Shown piece after piece: positions 26,382-32,000 of a stretch of 32,000 nt of DNA; the stretch's first letter is position 1; every line of letters begins with the position of its first letter. Both the position numbers and the translations under genes were made by a program. The stretch comes from Bacillus subtilis subsp. subtilis str. 168. GTDB taxonomy: Bacteria > Bacillota > Bacilli > Bacillales > Bacillaceae. The notes beneath the pieces are model-generated. The model saw nothing but the letters and a program-made list of their open reading frames with translations. It was not told the DNA's origin and did no database searches. The stretch lies in assembly GCF_000009045.1 (NCBI RefSeq), contig NC_000964.3:2910001-2942000 (forward strand), in the 5' to 3' direction.

Positions 26382-28178
26382 CTAGCCCGGTATAGATGCT
26401 TCCATCCTTAAGCTCGGATCTTTCCACATCTGCGCCCATTTTTTCACAGCCGCCACGATAATGATGAAGCCTAACACCAGCATGATGATAGATAATACGC
26501 CATTCAATACACTATATCCTGCTGCTTCAGGATTGAGATACACATTGCGCACCATCCAATAGCCCGCATAATTGACAGTGACATATAAATAGGCAAGCGG
26601 GATAAGGCAAGTCAGAATGTACCGGCGTTTATCGGCGATTTTCAGCACGATCGTCGCTCCGATAATCAGCCCCACTGAAGCCATCAGCTGATTAGAAACG
26701 CCGAAGAGCGCCCAAATGGAACCGATATCTCCTGAATACAGCAAGTACCCCCACATCAAACAGGCAAGCGCGCTGGCAAATACAGAGCCCGGAATCCAGT
26801 CTGTTTTCTTCAGCGGCTTATACACCTCCCCGAAGAAGTCCTGGATCAAATAACGGGCGACACGTGTGCCGGCGTCAATCGCTGTTAAAATAAAGACCGC
26901 TTCAAACATAATGACAAATTGGAAAAAGTATGAGGCCAAATGGCTGAAAAACGGCATTCCGGTAAAAATATAAGTCATCCCTACCGCAAGCGTGACGGCT
27001 CCCCCTGTTCTTCCTTCTAAGTCCAAACCGATTTCCCCGCTCAATTCAGGCAAATGTACGACATTCATGCCAAGCGTACGGAAAACCTCAGGCGTGCTGT
27101 TAATCGCAAAGTAATCAGCAGGCTGTAAAGCGGTCGCTGCAATCAGCGCCATGATACCGACAAGACACTCAACAAGCATTGCGCCAAACGCAACCGGCTT
27201 CATATCACTCCATTTATTCAGCATTTTCGGTGTCGTTCCTGAGCCGACAAAGGCATGGAACCCAGAGATCGCCCCGCAGGCGATGGTTATTGAGATGAAC
27301 GGCCAGACAGGTCCTGCCAGCACCGGCCCTCCGCCTTTTACGAATTCTGTAAACGCAGGGAACGGAATGGACGGATTGACGACAAACACACCAACAATCA
27401 AAGCGATAAAAACACCGATTTTCATAAAGCTGCTTAAATAATCACGCGGAGCCAGAAGCAGCCAAACGGGAAGCGCAGCCGCAAAAAACGCATAAACAGG
27501 AAGCGCGATTGCAAGCGTTTTCGTATCTAGCGTTAAAAAGTCACCGAGCGCGGTAGTCTGTACCCATGGACCGATAAAGACTCCTGCCATTAAAAAGAGA
27601 AAGCCGACCGTTGAAGCGAGCTTTAAATTTCCCGTTTTCTTATAAAATAAGCCCACACCCATCGCAATCGGAATCGTAATCCCCACCGCAAATGTTCCCC
27701 ATGGATTACGTTCAAGCGCATGCAAGACAACCATCGACAGGCCCGCCATTGTGATCGTGATGATAAACAGCATGGACAGTCCTGTACAAAATCCTGCAAC
27801 AGGGCCAAGCTCATCCTTCGCCACTTCCGACAGCGATTTTCCGTTTTTGCGCATCGATGCAAACAACACCACAATATCATGGACGGCTCCCCCAATTACC
27901 GCCCCGATTAACAGCCACAATAATCCCGGCAAATAGCCAAACTGCGCCGCCAGAATTGGTCCGACCAGCGGCCCGGCCGCTGCGATCGCGGCAAAGTGGT
28001 GGCCGAACGAAACCCATTTATTTGTAGGCACATAGTCTTTCCCATCCTCAAGCGCATGAGCAGGTGTTGGCTTGTCATCATTCACTTTGAGAACCTTCAC
28101 CATCATAAATGTTCCGTATAAACGATAGGCAATAGCCAAAATACACATTGATGCTATCACAATTGTAACCGCATTCAT
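26382..28178 (-). CDS. cstA: Carbon starvation protein A family transporter (peptide/pyruvate-type CstA)
   Basis: 598 aa, highly hydrophobic and polytopic. The N-terminus MNAVTIVIASMCILAIAYRLYG and the FGHHFAAIAGAGPLVGP-like segment (FGHHFAAIAAAGPLVGPILAAQFG) are typical of CstA. Confidence 0.93.
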   Translation of the reverse strand: MNAVTIVIASMCILAIAYRLYGTFMMVKVLKVNDDKPTPAHALEDGKDYVPTNKWVSFGHHFAAIAAAGPLVGPILAAQFGYLPGLLWLLIGAVIGGAVHDIVVLFASMRKNGKSLSEVAKDELGPVAGFCTGLSMLFIITITMAGLSMVVLHALERNPWGTFAVGITIPIAMGVGLFYKKTGNLKLASTVGFLFLMAGVFIGPWVQTTALGDFLTLDTKTLAIALPVYAFFAAALPVWLLLAPRDYLSSFMKIGVFIALIVGVFVVNPSIPFPAFTEFVKGGGPVLAGPVWPFISITIACGAISGFHAFVGSGTTPKMLNKWSDMKPVAFGAMLVECLVGIMALIAATALQPADYFAINSTPEVFRTLGMNVVHLPELSGEIGLDLEGRTGGAVTLAVGMTYIFTGMPFFSHLASYFFQFVIMFEAVFILTAIDAGTRVARYLIQDFFGEVYKPLKKTDWIPGSVFASALACLMWGYLLYSGDIGSIWALFGVSNQLMASVGLIIGATIVLKIADKRRYILTCLIPLAYLYVTVNYAGYWMVRNVYLNPEAAGYSVLNGVLSIIMLVLGFIIIVAAVKKWAQMWKDPSLRMEASIPG

Positions 28179-28252
28179 TTTCTCCCATCCCCTTTTCTGT
28201 TTTTCATAAATATATCATAATTTCATGGTGAAAAGCGGTCATTTTTTCCTAT

Positions 28253-28280
28253 ACAAAAAGCCGGCTGGAATGGGCCGGCT
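28253..28280 (-). terminator. Rho-independent terminator (second hairpin after abfA; end of the ara operon)
   Basis: The minus strand reads AGCCGGC-ccattcca-GCCGGCT followed by TTTTTGTAT. Confidence 0.8.
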
Positions 28281-28297
28281 CGTGGCAGTTGAAAGAC

Positions 28298-28321
28298 AAG
28301 CCGGAGAGAAATCTCCGGCTT
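28298..28321 (-). terminator. Stem-loop immediately after the abfA stop (first hairpin; weak U-tract)
   Basis: The minus strand reads AAGCCGGAGA-tttc-TCTCCGGCTT, a 10-bp perfect stem followed by GTCTTTC. It may act as a stabiliser or a weak terminator. Confidence 0.55.
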
Positions 28322-28329
28322 TGCTATTC

Positions 28330-29847
<1,518 letters not shown>

Positions 29848-29850
29848 TCA

Positions 29851-30696
29851 TTAACCTTTGACTCCCCCTACCGTCAGGCCGGAGATAAAGTACTTTTGGA
29901 AAAACAAGAAAATGATAATCACCGGCAAAATCGCAAATACTGAGCCGGATATAAGCATGTCGTAATTATTTCCATAAGGGCTCAGCAAGCTGGACAGCCC
30001 TATTGGAAGCGTAAACATTTCTTTCGACCGAAGCACAATCAGCGGCCACAAGAAGTTGTTCCAGCTGTTTAAGGACTGAAGGATAATCATCGCACCGAAA
30101 GCCGGTTTCATCAGCGGTGCCATAATCCTGAAAAAGATGCCGAATTCCGTACAGCCGTCCATCCTTGCAGAGTCCAGCAGATCTCTTGGAAGGCCAAGAG
30201 CATATTGCCTGAAAAAGAAAACAGCAACAGGTGAAACGATAAACGGCAATATGACACCCGTATATGAATCGATCAAGTGCAGTCCGACAGTAAGTTTAAA
30301 CAGAGGAAGCATCATCACTTCCAGCGGAACCATCATAATAATCAGCACAAGAACAAAGATGATATTTCTGCCCTTAAAATCATAAACCGCAAGCCCGTAC
30401 CCGATCATCGAAGAAAAAAACAGAGTGAGCACAGTCGTAAAAAGTCCGAGTACAAGACTGTTAAAAAACCATTTGAAATAAATGCTGCCGCCATTAAACA
30501 GAAATGTGTAGTTATCAAAACTCATCACTTTTGGATCAATATCAAGATTCAGCCCCACACGCAAAAGCTCAGATGACGGCTTTAATGATCCTAAAAGCAA
30601 ACAGAAAATCGGAAAAAGATACAATAGGCTCAGCATCATAAAAAACAGGGTCAGCGCAATTCTATAAACGCTAAACTGAGGACTGTGCCGCAACAT
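29851..30696 (-). CDS. araQ: Arabinose-oligosaccharide ABC transporter permease (MalG-like)
   Basis: 281 aa with six hydrophobic segments and the EAA-loop LLDSARMDGCTEFGIFFRIMAPL. Its ATG directly follows the araP TAA (TAAATG). Confidence 0.93.
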   Translation of the reverse strand: MLRHSPQFSVYRIALTLFFMMLSLLYLFPIFCLLLGSLKPSSELLRVGLNLDIDPKVMSFDNYTFLFNGGSIYFKWFFNSLVLGLFTTVLTLFFSSMIGYGLAVYDFKGRNIIFVLVLIIMMVPLEVMMLPLFKLTVGLHLIDSYTGVILPFIVSPVAVFFFRQYALGLPRDLLDSARMDGCTEFGIFFRIMAPLMKPAFGAMIILQSLNSWNNFLWPLIVLRSKEMFTLPIGLSSLLSPYGNNYDMLISGSVFAILPVIIIFLFFQKYFISGLTVGGVKG

Positions 30697-31638
30697 TTAT
30701 CCCTCCCCCTTAAACGAGCCTGACAGCTTTAATGAAATCAGGCTGACAACAAGGATCACAATCAAAAGCACAATGCCGATGGCCGCTCCGTATCCCATTT
30801 CATTGTAGGCAAGTCCCTGCTGATACAAATATCCGACAAGCGTCAGACCAATATTACCCGGGGAATTATTCTGCCAAAGGACGTAGCTTTCCTCAAACAT
30901 CCTGAAGCCGCCGATGATGCTGATGGTCAGCACATATACGGTTACAGGCTTGAGAAACGGCAGCGTGATGTGCAGAAATTTTTTCATTGTATTCGCGCCG
31001 TCTATATCAGCGGCTTCGTACAGCTCTTTCGGCACATTTTGCAAACCTGCTAAAAAGTAAAGGATGTTGATTCCCATCCATCTCCATGAAGCAAGCAGCA
31101 CCATCAAAAACATGCCGGTATGTTCATTGTTCATCCAGTTCTGAGGTGAAAAGCCGAGTTTAAGTAGGATGGAATTGGCCAGAGACGTTTCCATTTCTCC
31201 GAAGATCAGCCGAAAAATGATCCCCGCGACAATGGTTGAGGTCAATGCCGGGATAAATAATGCTGATTTAAATATATTTCTAAATTTGACCAGCTTTGAA
31301 TTCAGGAATATGGCCAGAAGCAATGGAACAGGAATCAGCACGATCAGCGTCCAAAAGGTGTATTCCAGCGTATTCCAAAGGGCGGTATAGAACGTCGGGT
31401 TGTTTAGCGCTGTATAATTAGACAATCCGACAAAGGACACCTCTCCCGGCAAAATTCTTTGGAAGCTCATGATGAAGACACTAATGATGGGGTATAGAAA
31501 AAATACGAGAAAGGATAAAACGAATGGCGCTGTAAACAGATAGGGCGCCGCTTTTTTTGAATAAAACAGATCTCGCCAGCCTGATTGTTTCGCAGCTGAA
31601 GGAACGGGATGAACCGTTCCCGTTTTCACAGGTTTCAT
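30697..31638 (-). CDS. araP: Arabinose-oligosaccharide ABC transporter permease (MalF-like)
   Basis: 313 aa with the EAA-loop ELYEAADIDGANTMKKFLHITLP. SD GGGGAGG lies 5 nt upstream of the ATG at 31638. Confidence 0.93.
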   Translation of the reverse strand: MKPVKTGTVHPVPSAAKQSGWRDLFYSKKAAPYLFTAPFVLSFLVFFLYPIISVFIMSFQRILPGEVSFVGLSNYTALNNPTFYTALWNTLEYTFWTLIVLIPVPLLLAIFLNSKLVKFRNIFKSALFIPALTSTIVAGIIFRLIFGEMETSLANSILLKLGFSPQNWMNNEHTGMFLMVLLASWRWMGINILYFLAGLQNVPKELYEAADIDGANTMKKFLHITLPFLKPVTVYVLTISIIGGFRMFEESYVLWQNNSPGNIGLTLVGYLYQQGLAYNEMGYGAAIGIVLLIVILVVSLISLKLSGSFKGEG

Positions 31639-31673
31639 GAGAACCTCCCCGCTTTCACTTTTTGAATGGGATT

Positions 31674-32000
31674 CTATTTCTGTTTCAGTTCACCTGCCGC
31701 TCTGTCCAAGGCTTGTTTAGGCGTTTTTTGCTGAGATTTAAGCGCGTCGAACAATACGCTTCTGTTGACAAGGTCTGAAGCCTTGGCAAAATCCTCATGT
31801 AAATAAATTGGATTGATTTCATCCTTGATATCGAGCAGCACAGAAAAAATGCCTGTTCCGTTTTGGAAGTAATCCGTGTATTTGTTTTTCTCTTTCAATT
31901 CCTTGGAGCTCCAAACATCCCAGCGAAGCGGGTCAAAGCCGAGTACGCTCCAGAGTTTTTTATTTCCTTCTTCAGAGCCCTTCGCAAAGGCCAAAAACTC
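31674..32000 (-). CDS. araN: Sugar-binding lipoprotein of the ara ABC transporter, C-terminal about 108 codons; the gene continues beyond the right edge
   Basis: The frame stays open to position 32000 (..EF-LAFAKGSEEGNKKLWSVLGFDPLRWDVW...LDRAAGELKQK*), so the track 'M' at 31994 is an internal TTG. It has the C-terminal lobe character of a family-1 solute-binding protein and sits upstream of araP-araQ. Confidence 0.85.
   Translation of the reverse strand, partial: EFLAFAKGSEEGNKKLWSVLGFDPLRWDVWSSKELKEKNKYTDYFQNGTGIFSVLLDIKDEINPIYLHEDFAKASDLVNRSVLFDALKSQQKTPKQALDRAAGELKQK

Noticed and set aside
28227-28242. cre-like TGAAAAGCGGTCAT upstream of cstA
   Set aside because: The central CG is displaced by one base relative to TGWAANCGNTNWCA in every register on both strands, so it is not a convincing CcpA site by eye.

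Overview
This window reads as a contiguous housekeeping and carbon-metabolism stretch of a Bacillus subtilis 168-type chromosome. I recognised it from the encoded proteins by eye, not from a database search. Gene order on the minus strand is lysC (5' part), uvrC, trxA, abf2 (xsa), etfA, etfB, fadB, fadR, lcfA, yshE, mutSB, polX, cvpA (yshB) and zapA. rnhC follows on the plus strand, then pheT, pheS and ysgA on the minus strand. sspI, ysfB, glcD (ysfC) and glcF (ysfD) are on the plus strand. ysfE, cstA, abfA, araQ, araP and araN (3' part) close the window on the minus strand. Several ORF-track entries are 5'-extended; I trimmed them to the start codon that has a Shine-Dalgarno (SD) sequence. 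Cis elements readable directly from the sequence include:
- the lysC L-box lysine riboswitch with its terminator;
- the pheS T-box leader with a UUC specifier;
- AraR-type operators and a cre upstream of abf2;
- a perfect 8-4-8 FadR-type palindrome with its own promoter between lcfA and fadR;
- many rho-independent terminators, two of them bidirectional between convergent genes.

I see no rRNA, tRNA, CRISPR array, IS element, transposon, prophage or defence-island signature. Every gap larger than about 60 nt is accounted for by promoters, leaders or terminators. I do not find convincing evidence for an undescribed multi-gene system. The points most worth a second look are:
- ysfE, a VOC/glyoxalase-family gene split by a +1 frameshift in a homopolymer run;
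- the poorly characterised CdaR-type regulator plus two-subunit GlcD/GlcF-like dehydrogenase locus, which lacks a GlcE gene and converges on cstA-ysfE;
- two hydrophobic micro-ORFs (23 and 26 codons) with SD sequences that the 60-aa ORF track cannot show;
- the tightly packed polX-mutSB-yshE array.
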